Of a DNA stretch of 64,000 nt, positions 11,173-22,660 are shown in pieces. The stretch's first letter is position 1. Every line of letters starts with the position of its first letter. Below the pieces are notes generated by a model that was given only the letters and a program-made list of their open reading frames with translations, did not search any database and was not told the DNA's origin. Both the position numbers and the translations under genes were made by a program. The stretch comes from Candidatus Brocadiia bacterium (GTDB lineage Bacteria; Planctomycetota; Brocadiia; SM23-32), in the NCBI GenBank assembly GCA_046538485.1, contig JBKHIT010000010.1, positions 40,568-104,567 on the forward strand, read 5' to 3'.

Positions 11173-12163
11173 GTTCCACCACTGGCTCCACCCCTCTGTT
11201 ACCAACCTCGTCGGTCAACAGTCGCCTCGCCTGGTCGTCTTTCGCAGCGGGGCTCTGGGCGATACAATTCTTCTGCTTCCCACGATCGAATTCCTGCGGC
11301 AAACTTTTGACGATCCGGAAATTACAATTGTTGGCTCCCCCTGGGCCAGGCGCCTGATTCCTCTGATGCCCGCGCCGTGGAATTTCTTCCCCTACGAATC
11401 GTCCGATCTGCTGCCGCTTTTTACCGACGAATCCACCACCCCCGACATTCCCCGAAACATCGCCGAAGCGGATCTGTGCCTGGTGTATACGGGCAAGCCA
11501 GGCGACGCTATGGTCCGCCGACTGGAACGGTCAGTCAAAGGGCTCGTCCTCGCGTCCTCATCCGATCCCCCTGCGGAAAATCACGCCGCCTGTCATTTTG
11601 CGGAAGCCATTCTCCAACAACCCATCTCGCCCGGACAACTCCCCTGCTCCCCCCTTCGGGCCCCTCCCAAAGCCCGCCAGGAGGCCGAAAATTGGGTGAG
11701 GAAAAGACAGCCGCGATGGGCAAAAGGAACACTCATCGTCCACCCCGGAAGCGGTTCCCCCCGCAAATGCTGGCCCGCGGATCGGTTCGCTTCTGTGATC
11801 CGGACCGTGCGAGATAAGGATATCGAACCCATTCTGCTCGAAGGCCCCGCCGACCGAAAACCCAGCGAGGCCGTCTGCAGGAACCTCGCCCGGAGCCCAT
11901 CCGTCTGCCGGCACCGCGACCTCAAGTCCACCGCCGGGTTGCTCTTAACCGCAGGATGTTGCCTGACCAACGACAGCGGGATCGGTCATCTGGCAGGGGC
12001 TCTCGGAATCAGAACCCTATCAATATTCGGTCCCACCAATCCGACTGTCTGGAAGCCCCTGGGCCCCGCTGTCAAAACCATCCGGGCCGGATCGCACTCC
12101 AAGTGGCCCGAGTGTTCAAGGGTAGAACCGCACCTGAACTGGCTGCTGGGGGCAACAGCTTAA
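11123..12163 (+). CDS. Glycosyltransferase family 9 (heptosyltransferase-like); start uncertain
   Basis: GALGDTIL, VHPGSGSPRKCWP, NDSGIGHLAGALG, IFGPTNPTVWKP; nearest in-frame start is TTG 11123. Confidence 0.8.
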   Translation: MNSKPPEAKNPSRKTNEFHHWLHPSVTNLVGQQSPRLVVFRSGALGDTILLLPTIEFLRQTFDDPEITIVGSPWARRLIPLMPAPWNFFPYESSDLLPLFTDESTTPDIPRNIAEADLCLVYTGKPGDAMVRRLERSVKGLVLASSSDPPAENHAACHFAEAILQQPISPGQLPCSPLRAPPKARQEAENWVRKRQPRWAKGTLIVHPGSGSPRKCWPADRFASVIRTVRDKDIEPILLEGPADRKPSEAVCRNLARSPSVCRHRDLKSTAGLLLTAGCCLTNDSGIGHLAGALGIRTLSIFGPTNPTVWKPLGPAVKTIRAGSHSKWPECSRVEPHLNWLLGATA

Positions 12164-12348
12164 AAGCCGTTTTTATCCCGTCCCGCAAGTCGTGTATACT
12201 CTGATGCAGGTCGTTTCCTGGTTTTCCGCGGCGGCAGCTCGCGCCCCGTCGGCCACCAGCCGACGGACTCCAGGAACCGCTCAGCGGTAGGCGGAGAGGC
12301 AACGCTTGATTCCGAAGTTATTCCCAATTGATCGAAGGAGGCTACACC

Positions 12349-13326
12349 GTGTCAGTCAAACGCATTCTGGTTTCAGGGGGAGCTGGATTTCTGGGGTCGC
12401 ATCTCTGCGAACGGTTGGTGGAAGGTGGGAACGACATTATTTGTCTCGACAATTTTTTCACTTCTCAGAAGACAAACGTCTCCCATCTTCTGGATCGACC
12501 GAATTTCGAGTTGATCCGCCACGACATCACGCGGTCCATCTTCCTCGAAGTGGATGAAATCTTCAACCTCGCCTGCCCGGCTTCGCCCGTCCATTACCAG
12601 TTTGACAGCATAAAGACTGTAAAAACATCCGTGCTTGGCTCGATCAATCTTTTGGGGATGGCGAAACGCTGCCGGGCCAAAATCCTGCAGGCCTCGACCA
12701 GTGAGGTTTACGGAGATCCGGACATCCATCCACAACCGGAAGGTTACCGTGGAAACGTCAACCCAATTGGACGGCGGGCCTGTTACGACGAGGGGAAGAG
12801 ATGTGCCGAAACGCTTTTTTTTGACTACCACCGTGCCCATAACGTCAATATTCGCGTCGTGCGCATATTTAACACCTACGGTCCGCGGATGCACCCCTTC
12901 GACGGACGGGTCATCAGCAACTTTATCGTTCAGGCGCTTAACAACAAAAACATCACAATTTACGGCGACGGCCAGCAAACCAGGTCTTTCTGCTACGTCG
13001 ATGATCTGATTGACGGGATAATTCGCATGATGAACGGCCCTGACGATTTCGTTGGTCCGGTAAATCTCGGAAATCCAACCGAATGCAGCATCCGCGAACT
13101 GGCCGAAACTGTTATTGATTTGACAGAAACAGATTCGGAACTCACTTTCCATCCCCTGCCCCAGGACGATCCTCGAAAACGGTGCCCCGATATCTCCCTG
13201 GCCACGGAAACACTCGGCTGGCGGCCCGCCATTTCGCTCGAAAACGGGCTCAAGAAAACCATCGACTATTTTCGCGAAATCGACCTGTCGCGGTTCCGCC
13301 GCCCACCCGGGAATCGAGAGTCTTAA
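12349..13326 (+). CDS. UDP-glucuronic acid decarboxylase (UDP-xylose synthase), SDR family
   Basis: [50 protein letters not shown] start after AAGGAGG. Confidence 0.92.
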   Translation: MSVKRILVSGGAGFLGSHLCERLVEGGNDIICLDNFFTSQKTNVSHLLDRPNFELIRHDITRSIFLEVDEIFNLACPASPVHYQFDSIKTVKTSVLGSINLLGMAKRCRAKILQASTSEVYGDPDIHPQPEGYRGNVNPIGRRACYDEGKRCAETLFFDYHRAHNVNIRVVRIFNTYGPRMHPFDGRVISNFIVQALNNKNITIYGDGQQTRSFCYVDDLIDGIIRMMNGPDDFVGPVNLGNPTECSIRELAETVIDLTETDSELTFHPLPQDDPRKRCPDISLATETLGWRPAISLENGLKKTIDYFREIDLSRFRRPPGNRES

Positions 13327-13404
13327 AGGAGCTCTGGTGAAATCTGCGGGACTCTGTGCCGGCAAATCAGCTTCCGAACAGAATGCTGGAGGCGGACGAG
13401 ACGT

Positions 13405-13554
13405 GCGGATTTGTAAACGGGCCGGAAACCCGCGAGCGGACTGGACTTCAGAACCGCTCTGCGGGGCTGGAGTTCAGAACGCGGACCAGTTCGTTGGAAT
13501 TTTCAAGCCGATTTGCATTTTCCGGCGATTGTCCGCCTCAAGTCCAGTCTCGCC
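13405..13554 (+). repeat. Dispersed structured repeat family A, short variant
   Basis: GCGGATTTGTAA.CGGGCCGGAAACCCGCGAGCGGACTGGACTTCAG shared with 16422; GCATTTTCCGGC..GTCCGCCTCAAGTCCAGT shared with other copies. Confidence 0.85.
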
Positions 13555-13593
13555 GGCAGCTGTACGTATTTAGCCCGGAGATACCGCTTCATG

Positions 13594-13722
13594 CCTCATT
13601 GCGAGTGGAGCGAAGCAATCCTGCTGGGCCCCGTGGTCTCGCGCGGAGGAGGCTCGTCATTTTTTCAGTCCCACAGCGAGATCCCCGCGGCGTCCCGCTG
13701 CGCGGAACGCCTCGCAATGACA
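13594..13722. repeat. REP-like palindromic element (TCATTGCGAG..CGAAGCAATC...CTCGCAATGA)
   Basis: Terminal inverted repeat TCATTGCGAG/CTCGCAATGA; similar motifs at ~30075 and ~38635. Confidence 0.6.
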
Positions 13723-13821
13723 TTGTGAGCGTGGACGGCGATATAACGCACGCTAAACCCATACATCCGTAAGACGCCCCTGCTCCGCTTGCGGGACGAT
13801 TCCTGGAAGGATTGTCCGGGG

Positions 13822-16041
13822 TCAGCTGTGCACCTTCCCCACTTTCCCTGAGACCTCGCGGGGAGTCTCTTCCGGCTGCTTTTGGTGCAACAGCCGCAAT
13901 CCATTGAATATCACTAACAACGAGACCCCCATGTCCGCCGCGATCGCCATCCACAAAGTGGCAGCTCCGAAAACCGCGAGGATGATGAACAGAATCTTTA
14001 TACCGAGAGCCAGCGCGACGTTCTGTTTGATGATAGCCAGAGCCTTGCGGGAATGGCCCACCAGCTAGGGGACCTTAGCAATTTCGTCGGACATCAGCGT
14101 GATGTCCGCGGTTTCGATGGCAACGTCGGAGCCAATCGATCCCATGGCTATGCCAAAATCAGCCGCGGCCATCGCCGGAGCATCATTCACCCCATCCCCG
14201 GCCATGGCAACTCCCTCCATCCGCCGGGAGAGTTCTTTGACAGCTTTCACTTTGTCTTCGGGCATCAGACCGGCCTGCCACTGATCGATTCCGGTGGCTT
14301 CGGCAATGCTCCTGGCAGTCGCTTCATTATCACCGGTCAGCATGAGAATGGGCTCCACGCCCAGCCTTTTGAGTTCACCGACGACTTCCGCCGCATTTTC
14401 CCGCAACCCGTCCGCCACGCTTATCAGTCCGCAGACATGGTCTTCAGTGCCCACCGCCACAACTGTATGTCCGGCATCTTCGATTCCAAGTGCAGTTTCA
14501 TGGGCTTGATCGCTCTCCTGGCCTTTATCATGCATCATCCGGTGGCTTCCAACCCAGAACAGTTGCCCATCGACCACACCCTCCACTCCCAGCCCGGATA
14601 TATTCCGGAACCGCTCGGCCCGTTCAGCCACGATCTCCCCCCGGGCCGCCTTTTGCATAATAGCATCCGCGAGCGGATGAGTGCTGTCGGCCTCAACACT
14701 GGCCGCTGTGCGCAGAAGCTGTTCGGACGTATGATCGTCCAGAGGAATGACATCTTGCACGCGCGGCTGACCGTACGTCAGTGTCCCGGTTTTATCGAGT
14801 GCCAGCGCGTTGAGTCGTCCTGCGGACTCGAGGTAAATCCCGCCCTTGATCAACACGCCGTTACGGGCGGCGCTGGTGAGAGCGCTGACTATAGTGACGG
14901 GAGTCGATATGACGAGTGCGCAGGGGCATCCGATTACGAGCAGGACGAGGGCGCGATAGAACCATGGGGTCCAGGCCGCCGCGACGAGGAGGGGCGGCAC
15001 AATAGCCACGGCCGCCGCCAGCGCCATCATAGCCGGAGTGTAGTAACGCGCAAATTTTTCGATCCATTTCTCGCTCTTGGCGCGCCTTGACCGCGACTCT
15101 TCCACCATGTGAATGATGTTCGCCAGGGTTGTTTCACCGGCAGGATGGGTCACTTCAAATTCCAGTGTCCCTCTCTGGTTGATCGTTCCGGCATACACCT
15201 GGTCCCCTCGGGCCTTGGGAACCGGGACCGATTCTCCCGTAATGGGAGCCTGATTGACAGTTGACTGGCCCAGCAACACTTGCCCGTCAAGGGGAATGCG
15301 GTCGCCCGGTCGCACCACAACCTGCCGTCCCCGTGAAACGGCTTCGACAGGCCGCTCTTCCGGCTCTCCGCCTTCTTCGGGCACGACCAAAGCCGTCGGA
15401 GGAGAAAGTTCCAGCAATGCAGAAATCGCCCGGCGAGCGCGGTCTACGCTCCAATGTTCCAGCATGAGAGCAACCGAGAAAAGGAACACAACCATCCCCG
15501 CTTCAAGCCACTCGCCGATTCCAATCGCGCCCAAGACTGCCACCGTCATAAGCACATTCATGTCCGGGCGTAACCTCCTTATGGCACTCAGTGCCCGAGG
15601 CAAAATGTAGAACGCCCCCGCCAGAATTGCCCCTCCGTAACAAAAGACCACGATCAACGGCAGCTTATGGTTCTCCCCTGCCCCGGTTAGAAAAGCCTGG
15701 GTAATACTCCCGTGAATGACCCAGTGGCTGAAAAAACCCACAAGCATCAGGAAGCCGCACAAAATTGTCATTACGAGCCGACCGTGATTTCCCCACCATC
15801 CGGCAGCCGTCGCCGTTCCGCGATCTTCCCATGGCACTGCCGTCATACCCGCTTCGGCGACGCATTCCACAATCCGCTCTGAATCGATCTTTTCCGACTC
15901 AAAAAGCACCGTCATTCGCGCATTGAGAATATTGAAGTCCAACTCCTGAATGCCCTCGTGTTTCTCAAGTGCCTTCTGCAGTGTGTTGACTTCATCGGCG
16001 CAATCCATCTCCATCACTTTATAAGATCGGGTTTCCGCCAT
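13822..16041 (-). pseudogene. Heavy-metal (Cd/Zn/Pb-type) P1B-ATPase interrupted by an in-frame TAG at 14065-14067
   Basis: HMA-like MDCADEV, TGES, CPCAL, DKTGTLT, HP, MLTGDN, GDGVNDAPA. After KVP* the same frame continues LVGHSRKALAIIKQNV...ADMGVSLLVIFNGLRLL. Confidence 0.8.
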
Positions 16042-16421
16042 CAGACTCCTCGCGGGCAGCAGCATGTCACCCCGGTCGAACCGAGAATCGGTCCCCCGGC
16101 GGATCAAAACAATGAGCTTCTTTCAGAAAGGGGTATGGTTTCCTGGATAACCCATCTCCTTCTCCATTGTGCGGCCATCGGGATGGCTTTGCAACCACGC
16201 TTGATTGTCCGCGGGTTACGCCCTGCACACGCTCCCTTTTGCGAAAACCTGAATTCCCCGGAGATGGTCCTGGCATCGGGAATTTGACACAACGCAAATC
16301 CCATTGTTCCGAGCCATTTGCGTTGATCAGAAATATTGGCACAGTCGAGACTTAGCATGGCAAAAAAAGTTTTTACCCCACAATTGCAGGTTGAATCCTT
16401 AAGCACGCCGGGACAAGCCCG

Positions 16422-16750
16422 GCGGATTTGTAAGCGGGCCGGAAACCCGCGAGCGGACTGGACTTCAGCCGGAGGCTGGAGTTCAGAACGCGGTCCAGAA
16501 ACCTGTGAACCCCGCAGCACAAAGACCAACAACGAACGGCAGGTCCGCCTCGGCGATGCGGACCGACAGCTACCTGGCATTTTCCGGCATCTGTCCGCCT
16601 CAAGTCCAGTTTCGCCCGCCGGGGCGGGCTCAGCTGAACTCGAGTCTGCAGGATACGCGGTCGAGAAGCGGGGTTGCAAGCTTACAGAATGATTGAGACC
16701 AGACATAAGTTTATGTTACAACAACCTTTAACGACTTTTCCGAAGGAAAC
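16422..16750 (+). repeat. Dispersed structured repeat family A, long (~330 bp) variant
   Basis: Colinear with the reverse complement of 33733-34039. Confidence 0.9.
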
Positions 16751-16988
16751 TTGAGGAATTTGCGCTCGGTGTAATGGGAACAGGCAGCACGATTTTCGGG
16801 AAATGTCCGGCTACCAGCATCCGGAGGGACCCACAGCGCAAATTCCTTTCGTCCCGAAAAAGGCTTGCAAGACTTTGCTCTGTGCCTGTAGAATTATAGG
16901 TCTTCTGGGGTGGCATTCACGGCAACAATTGTGCTGGTTCACGTCACACCTGGACCTTTGCAGGGCAGTTTCAAAATGGAGTAACACG

Positions 16989-18257
16989 ATGGGAATGACG
17001 CTCACGGAAAAAATCTTAACCGATCACTGCGATGCCAGTTCTCTCGCCCCGGGCGAATATATTTTCGCCGAGGTTGACCTATGCCTGGGCAACGACATCA
17101 CGGCACCGATTGCTATCGACGAATTTGAGAAGGCGAGTTTTGAAGACGTCTGGGACCGGACACGTATCGCGCTTGTGCCCGACCATTTTACGCCCAACAA
17201 AGATATCAAGGCGGCCACATTGGCCAAGCAACTACGGGATTTTGCCCACAAACACGATATCGAACACTATTTCGAAGTGGGCCGCGTCGGGATCGAACAT
17301 GTCCTGCTGCCCGAAAAGGGCCTTGTAGGTCCCGGCGATCTCGTGATTGGAGCCGATTCCCATACCTGCACTTACGGGGCGCTGGGAGCCTTCAGCACCG
17401 GCGTGGGGAGCACCGATCTGGCGGCGTGTTTTGCAACAGGAAAAGCCTGGCTCAGAATCCCTGAGTCGATACGATTCAATTTCACCGGTTCGCTCCCTCG
17501 CTGGGTCGGCGGGAAAGATTTGATACTCTATACAATCGGCCAGATCGGCGTTGACGGTGCATTGTATCGGGCGATGGAATTCTGCGGCCCCGTCATCGAG
17601 AACTTACCGATGGACGACCGTTTTACCATGTGCAATATGGCCATTGAGGCCGGAGGAAAAAATGGGATTATCGCCCCGGATGACAAAACAGAAAATTATT
17701 GCGCGGGTCGGGTTGATCAGATCCGAAATGAATACGCGAGCGATCCTGACGCCGAATATATCGAGGAATACAACTGGGACGTATCGGATCTGAGCCCGCA
17801 AGTCGCGGAACCTTTCTTGCCATCAAACGCCCTTCCAGTTGAAAATCTGTCAGGGATCGAACTTGACCAGGTTGTCATTGGATCGTGCACCAACGGGCGT
17901 CTCAGTGACCTGCGTATCGCGGCAGAAATTCTTAGGGGCAAAAAAATTGCCTCCAATATGAGGCTTATTATTTTGCCTGGAAGCCAACAAATTTATCAAA
18001 AAGCCATGGAAGAAGGGCTACTGAAAATATTCGTGGATGCCGAAGGCGTTGTCAGCCCCCCAACGTGCGGGCCGTGTTTGGGCGGACATATGGGTGTTCT
18101 GGCCGAAGGTGAACGAGCTCTGGCAACAACAAATCGCAATTTCCGCGGTCGCATGGGCCACCCCGACAGCGAAGTATATCTGTGCGGACCAGCGGTTGCT
18201 GCAGCCAGCGCAATTACGGGTTGTATCACTCATCCCGAAGAAATAGATAAAGCATAA
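16989..18257 (+). CDS. leuC: 3-isopropylmalate dehydratase large subunit
   Basis: MTLTEKIL, VPDH, GADSHTCTYGA, GSCTNGR, PTCGPCLGGH, TTNRNFRGRMG. Confidence 0.92.
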   Translation: MGMTLTEKILTDHCDASSLAPGEYIFAEVDLCLGNDITAPIAIDEFEKASFEDVWDRTRIALVPDHFTPNKDIKAATLAKQLRDFAHKHDIEHYFEVGRVGIEHVLLPEKGLVGPGDLVIGADSHTCTYGALGAFSTGVGSTDLAACFATGKAWLRIPESIRFNFTGSLPRWVGGKDLILYTIGQIGVDGALYRAMEFCGPVIENLPMDDRFTMCNMAIEAGGKNGIIAPDDKTENYCAGRVDQIRNEYASDPDAEYIEEYNWDVSDLSPQVAEPFLPSNALPVENLSGIELDQVVIGSCTNGRLSDLRIAAEILRGKKIASNMRLIILPGSQQIYQKAMEEGLLKIFVDAEGVVSPPTCGPCLGGHMGVLAEGERALATTNRNFRGRMGHPDSEVYLCGPAVAAASAITGCITHPEEIDKA

Positions 18258-18318
18258 AACGCAATCTCTACAGGGGTAAAAGCAGTTTTGCAGGATTGCA
18301 GGAAAGAGAGTAATCATT

Positions 18319-21300
18319 ATGTCTTGCTACATCGGACTTGACGTGGGATCAATCAGTGCTGACTTTGTGGTAGCCAACGAAAAGGGGCGGGTGCTCGACT
18401 CCAGTTACATTCGGACATTCGGCCAACCCCTCCCTATTGTTTTAGAGCAGCTTAAGGCTCTTGAACAAAAACACGAGGTCAGCGGGGTCTGCGTGACCGG
18501 GAGTGGAGCCAAAATTGTCGCTGAACTCCTCGATGTGCCCTTCATCAATGAAATAGTCGCCCAAAGCAAAGCTACAATGGAATTGCATCCTGAAGTGCGT
18601 ACTATCATGGAAATCGGAGGCGAAGATTCCAAACTTATCCGCATTGAACAAGGGGATGACGGTTCACCCCGTGTGGTCGACTTCGCCTTGAATAGCATGT
18701 GCTCCGCGGGAACAGGATCTTTCCTCGATCAACAGGCTTCACGCCTCCTCGTCAGCATTGAAGAATTCGCCGAACTGGCGTTGAAAAGCGATCACCCGGC
18801 ACGAGTGGCCGGTCGATGCTCCGTCTTCGCAAAAAGCGATATGATTCACCTCCAGCAGCAAGGCACACCGGATTACGACATTATCGCCGGTCTCTGCTTC
18901 GCGATGGCAAGGAACTTCAGAAGCACTCTCGGGAAAGGCAACGATTTCGCCCGGCCCGTCGCTTTCCAGGGAGGTGTGGCTTTCAACCCCGGTATGCAAC
19001 GGGCTTTCAAAGAAGTCCTTCAACTCAAAGACGAGGAGTTCATTATCCCGGAGAACCCGGGGTGCACGGGCGCTTACGGAGCCGTTCTGGATGCGCTGGA
19101 AAAAGACCTCGATTGTTCGGTTTCCGATTTCAGTGCCATCGAAAAACACATGGATGAATACACGCATGAAGCCGAGCGCCTCGATCAACTCATTGATGAC
19201 GGGTATGGAACCGATACCTCCTGTCATAAGCTCCCGGATCAGAACGAAATAGCGGAGGTGTATGTCGGGGTCGATATCGGTTCTATCAGCACAAATGCCG
19301 TGGTAATTGACCCGAATATGAATGTTATTTCCCGCTGCTACCTGATGACCGAAGGTCGGCCCATTGAAGCGGTCAAAAAAGCCCTCTACCAGGTCGGACA
19401 AGAAATCGGCGACAAGGTAGAGGTCAAGGGAGCCTGCACAACGGGCAGCGGACGCTATTTGATTGCCGAGTTCATCGGCGCCGATCTGGTGAAAAATGAA
19501 ATCACCACACACGCACGGGGAGCCATCGCCATGGACCCCGAAGTTGATACAATTTTCGAAATCGGGGGCCAGGACGCAAAATATATATCGCTGCAGGATG
19601 GCGCGGTGGTGGATTTTGCAATGAACAAGGTCTGCGCCGCCGGAACAGGCTCCTTCCTTGAAGAACAAGCCGAAAGGCTCGATCTCAATATCGAAGAAGA
19701 ATTCGGCCAAACCGCCCTCTCAAGCGAAGAACCGGTCAAACTGGGTGAGCGCTGCACGGTCTTCATGGAAAGCGATTTGAACTACCACCAGCAAAGAGGA
19801 GTCGCTACACCCGATCTCGTCGGCGGACTCTGCTATTCGATCGTCTACAACTACTTGAACCGCGTCGTTGAAGACCGCAGAGTCGGAGATAACATATTTT
19901 TCCAGGGCGGAGTGGCCTTCAACAGGGGTGTGAAAGCGGCCTTCGAACAGATCACCGGCAAAAAAATTACCGTTCCCCCCCACCAGGATGTCATGGGCGC
20001 CGTGGGAGCCGCGATCATCGCCCGAGAAGACAGCCCCGAGACATCCACGTTCCGCGGGTTCGATTTGCGAGATGTGCAATACGAACTCACCACTTTCGAA
20101 TGTAAAGGTTGTTCCAACCGCTGCGAAATCCATAAAGTATCGATTGAAGGCCAAAAACCACTCCACTACGGCAGTCGGTGCGGCAAATACGACGATCAGA
20201 AAAAATACAAAAAGGGAGAGGGACTTCCGAAACTTTTTGAAGAACGTGAAGAAGCGCTCCTCAATACATATTCCAAAAACCAGCCTGACGATCCGCTCAA
20301 CGTGCGTATCGGGATTCCCCGCGCTCTCACATTTTTCGACCTTTACCCGCTCTGGAAAGCCTTTTTCACCGAGCTCGGATGCGAGGTTGTTCCCTCAAAA
20401 CCTACGAACCGCCAGGTCATCAGCCAGGGATCCGAGCACACCACCACCGAAACCTGCCTGCCGATCAAAGTGGCTCACGGCCATGTCGCGAATCTGCTCG
20501 AAAGGGATGTCGATTACATCTTTGCTCCGAGCGTGATAAATATGGAACATGAGGCCGAGGAGATTGTGCATAGCTATCTATGCCCGCTGGTGCAAAGTCT
20601 CCCCTACCTGTTACGGGTGGCTTTTGCGGAACAGGTGGAAGCGGGCGAACTGCCGCTGATCGCTCCGGTTATGCATTTCGAAAACGGCCGCAAACATATC
20701 GACGGAAAGCTGAGAGATCTGGCCCAGATGTTCGAAGTCCCCTCCAGCCGAGTTAACCGAGCTATTGAAAAAGGATGGGAAGCACTCGATCGCTTCCATG
20801 CAACATGCCAAAAGCGAGGGCAGGAGATACTTGACGGACTGGGAGAGGACGAAATTGCACTGGCTATCATGAGCCGTCCGTACAATGGTTGCGATCCTGG
20901 CATCAACCTCGCCATCCCCGATAAATTACGCGATCTGGGCGTTCTGGCGATTCCCATCGATTTCCTCCCGCTCGACATCCGCGGCATCCAGAACGACTTT
21001 CCACATATGTACTGGAAATACGGCCAGAAGATCATCGCCGCCGGAAAATATATCGCCGACAAACCGAACCTCCACGCAATTTACATCACGAATTTCCGCT
21101 GCGGCCCCGATTCGTTCATAACAAAGTTTTTCGCACGCGTCATTGGGAAACCCTATCTCACACTCGAAATCGACGAGCATAGCGCCGATGTCGGCGCCAT
21201 AACACGCTGCGAGGCGTTTATCGATAGTCTCCGAAGCTCCAAATCGCGCCATAGCAAGAAAAGGGCACGCGGAGAAGACTTATTTTTCGACATCCGGGAA

Positions 21301-22524
21301 TGCGAAGAAGATGTCACAATTTATATTCCTTACATGGATGATCACGGTTTGATGATGCAGTCAGCACTCCGCGCAAACGGCATCAACGCCGAGGCCCTGC
21401 CGGTATCCGATGCCGAAAGCGTTGAAATCGGCCGATCCTTCACAACCGGAAACGAATGTTTCCCGTGCATTCTCACAACAGGAGATATCGTTAAAAAAAC
21501 CCGGGAAGAGAGTTTCGAGCCCGACAAATCGGCATTTTTCATGGCGCAGGCCAACGGACCCTGCCGGTTTGGCCAGTACCATAAGTTCCACCGAATGGTG
21601 CTCGACGACCTGGGGCTTGATCAGGTAAAGATGGTGGTCCTTGATCAGACAAACGATTTCTCCAATTGCCTCCAGAGTTTTGGCCCCGATTTTTATAAAA
21701 CCTGCTGGGAACTGCTTGTGATCGTTGATTACATGCAGAAGCTGGTTCGGGAAACCCGACCTTATGAAATCAATGAAGGCGAAACCGACCGGAGCTATAA
21801 AGAATGTCTTCACCAGCTGGCCGAAATTGCGGAAGAAAAAGCAAATTATTCCAGTTTCGTACCGGAAATTTGCAGCCGACTCGAAAGTATTCCGATCGAT
21901 GATTCCCAAGAACGGCCCTTGATCGGTATCGTGGGGGAAATCTACGTGAGATCGAACCCATACGCCAATAATTTCCTCGCCCGACGACTCGAAGAAAACG
22001 GCGCTCAGGTGATGTTGCCCCCCTTCCAGGAATGGATCAACTACATTGCCGCTGACCGACGTGAAATCGCCTGGCAGGAAGGCAAAATCTGGTCGTTCGT
22101 CAAAGAATGGATCACCGAGTTCGCCGCACGCTGGACCGAAGGGCGTATCAGCAAAAACTTCCAGGAGTCTATCAACCACATTCCCCGGGAAAGTAGCATC
22201 GGAGAAGTGATAAAACTCGGGGCGCGATACCTTGATCCCACGGTGAAAGGAGAAGCCATCCTCAGCATGGGGCGTGCGGTCGAATACGCCCATCACGGGT
22301 TCGACGGTATCATAAACGTCGCTCCGTTCGGATGTATGCCCGGTGCAATTGTCAATAGCCTGCTGGAAAAATACCGACGCAACCACAACATCCCTGTTTT
22401 GAAACTCGATTACGACGGCCTGCAACAGTCAAATGAGGGCACAGCCCTTGAGGCATTCATCCATCAGGCCCGACTCCACATGCGGCAGAAGAAACAAGAA
22501 GCTTACGCAGACCAATCACATTGA
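18319..22524 (+). CDS. Multi-domain CoA-substrate activase/reductase (two ASKHA activase domains plus two dehydratase/reductase-like domains); PlsA/Ger-like
   Basis: Two GxDxGSIS...TGSG...NEI...EIGGxDxK...NxxCxAGTGSFL...RCxVF...QGGVAFN modules; IGIPRAL, ETCLPIKVAHGH, CGPDSF, EIDEH, ECFPC, GPCRFGQY, VGEIY, PFGCMP. Confidence 0.85.
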   Translation: MSCYIGLDVGSISADFVVANEKGRVLDSSYIRTFGQPLPIVLEQLKALEQKHEVSGVCVTGSGAKIVAELLDVPFINEIVAQSKATMELHPEVRTIMEIGGEDSKLIRIEQGDDGSPRVVDFALNSMCSAGTGSFLDQQASRLLVSIEEFAELALKSDHPARVAGRCSVFAKSDMIHLQQQGTPDYDIIAGLCFAMARNFRSTLGKGNDFARPVAFQGGVAFNPGMQRAFKEVLQLKDEEFIIPENPGCTGAYGAVLDALEKDLDCSVSDFSAIEKHMDEYTHEAERLDQLIDDGYGTDTSCHKLPDQNEIAEVYVGVDIGSISTNAVVIDPNMNVISRCYLMTEGRPIEAVKKALYQVGQEIGDKVEVKGACTTGSGRYLIAEFIGADLVKNEITTHARGAIAMDPEVDTIFEIGGQDAKYISLQDGAVVDFAMNKVCAAGTGSFLEEQAERLDLNIEEEFGQTALSSEEPVKLGERCTVFMESDLNYHQQRGVATPDLVGGLCYSIVYNYLNRVVEDRRVGDNIFFQGGVAFNRGVKAAFEQITGKKITVPPHQDVMGAVGAAIIAREDSPETSTFRGFDLRDVQYELTTFECKGCSNRCEIHKVSIEGQKPLHYGSRCGKYDDQKKYKKGEGLPKLFEEREEALLNTYSKNQPDDPLNVRIGIPRALTFFDLYPLWKAFFTELGCEVVPSKPTNRQVISQGSEHTTTETCLPIKVAHGHVANLLERDVDYIFAPSVINMEHEAEEIVHSYLCPLVQSLPYLLRVAFAEQVEAGELPLIAPVMHFENGRKHIDGKLRDLAQMFEVPSSRVNRAIEKGWEALDRFHATCQKRGQEILDGLGEDEIALAIMSRPYNGCDPGINLAIPDKLRDLGVLAIPIDFLPLDIRGIQNDFPHMYWKYGQKIIAAGKYIADKPNLHAIYITNFRCGPDSFITKFFARVIGKPYLTLEIDEHSADVGAITRCEAFIDSLRSSKSRHSKKRARGEDLFFDIRECEEDVTIYIPYMDDHGLMMQSALRANGINAEALPVSDAESVEIGRSFTTGNECFPCILTTGDIVKKTREESFEPDKSAFFMAQANGPCRFGQYHKFHRMVLDDLGLDQVKMVVLDQTNDFSNCLQSFGPDFYKTCWELLVIVDYMQKLVRETRPYEINEGETDRSYKECLHQLAEIAEEKANYSSFVPEICSRLESIPIDDSQERPLIGIVGEIYVRSNPYANNFLARRLEENGAQVMLPPFQEWINYIAADRREIAWQEGKIWSFVKEWITEFAARWTEGRISKNFQESINHIPRESSIGEVIKLGARYLDPTVKGEAILSMGRAVEYAHHGFDGIINVAPFGCMPGAIVNSLLEKYRRNHNIPVLKLDYDGLQQSNEGTALEAFIHQARLHMRQKKQEAYADQSH

Positions 22525-22660
22525 AGCAAAACGCGTTGAGCGTTTAACCGGTACAACAGCCCCCGGAAAGCGTGTACGAAGCATAACGCAAAAGAATACC
22601 AGAACATGCGTATAAACCGAGCGGATCGCGTCCGAAATAAAAACAAAAGGAGATGCTCCC

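Noticed and set aside
14065..14067. Pyrrolysine or genome-wide TAG recoding
   Set aside because: TAG ends other complete genes in the window (29817, 38447, 62459), no pyl genes are seen, and a single TGG>TAG change explains it
16803..16988. Leucine attenuator upstream of leuC
   Set aside because: No Leu-codon-rich short ORF or terminator hairpin found; the N-terminal extension in the ORF track is not LeuC-like
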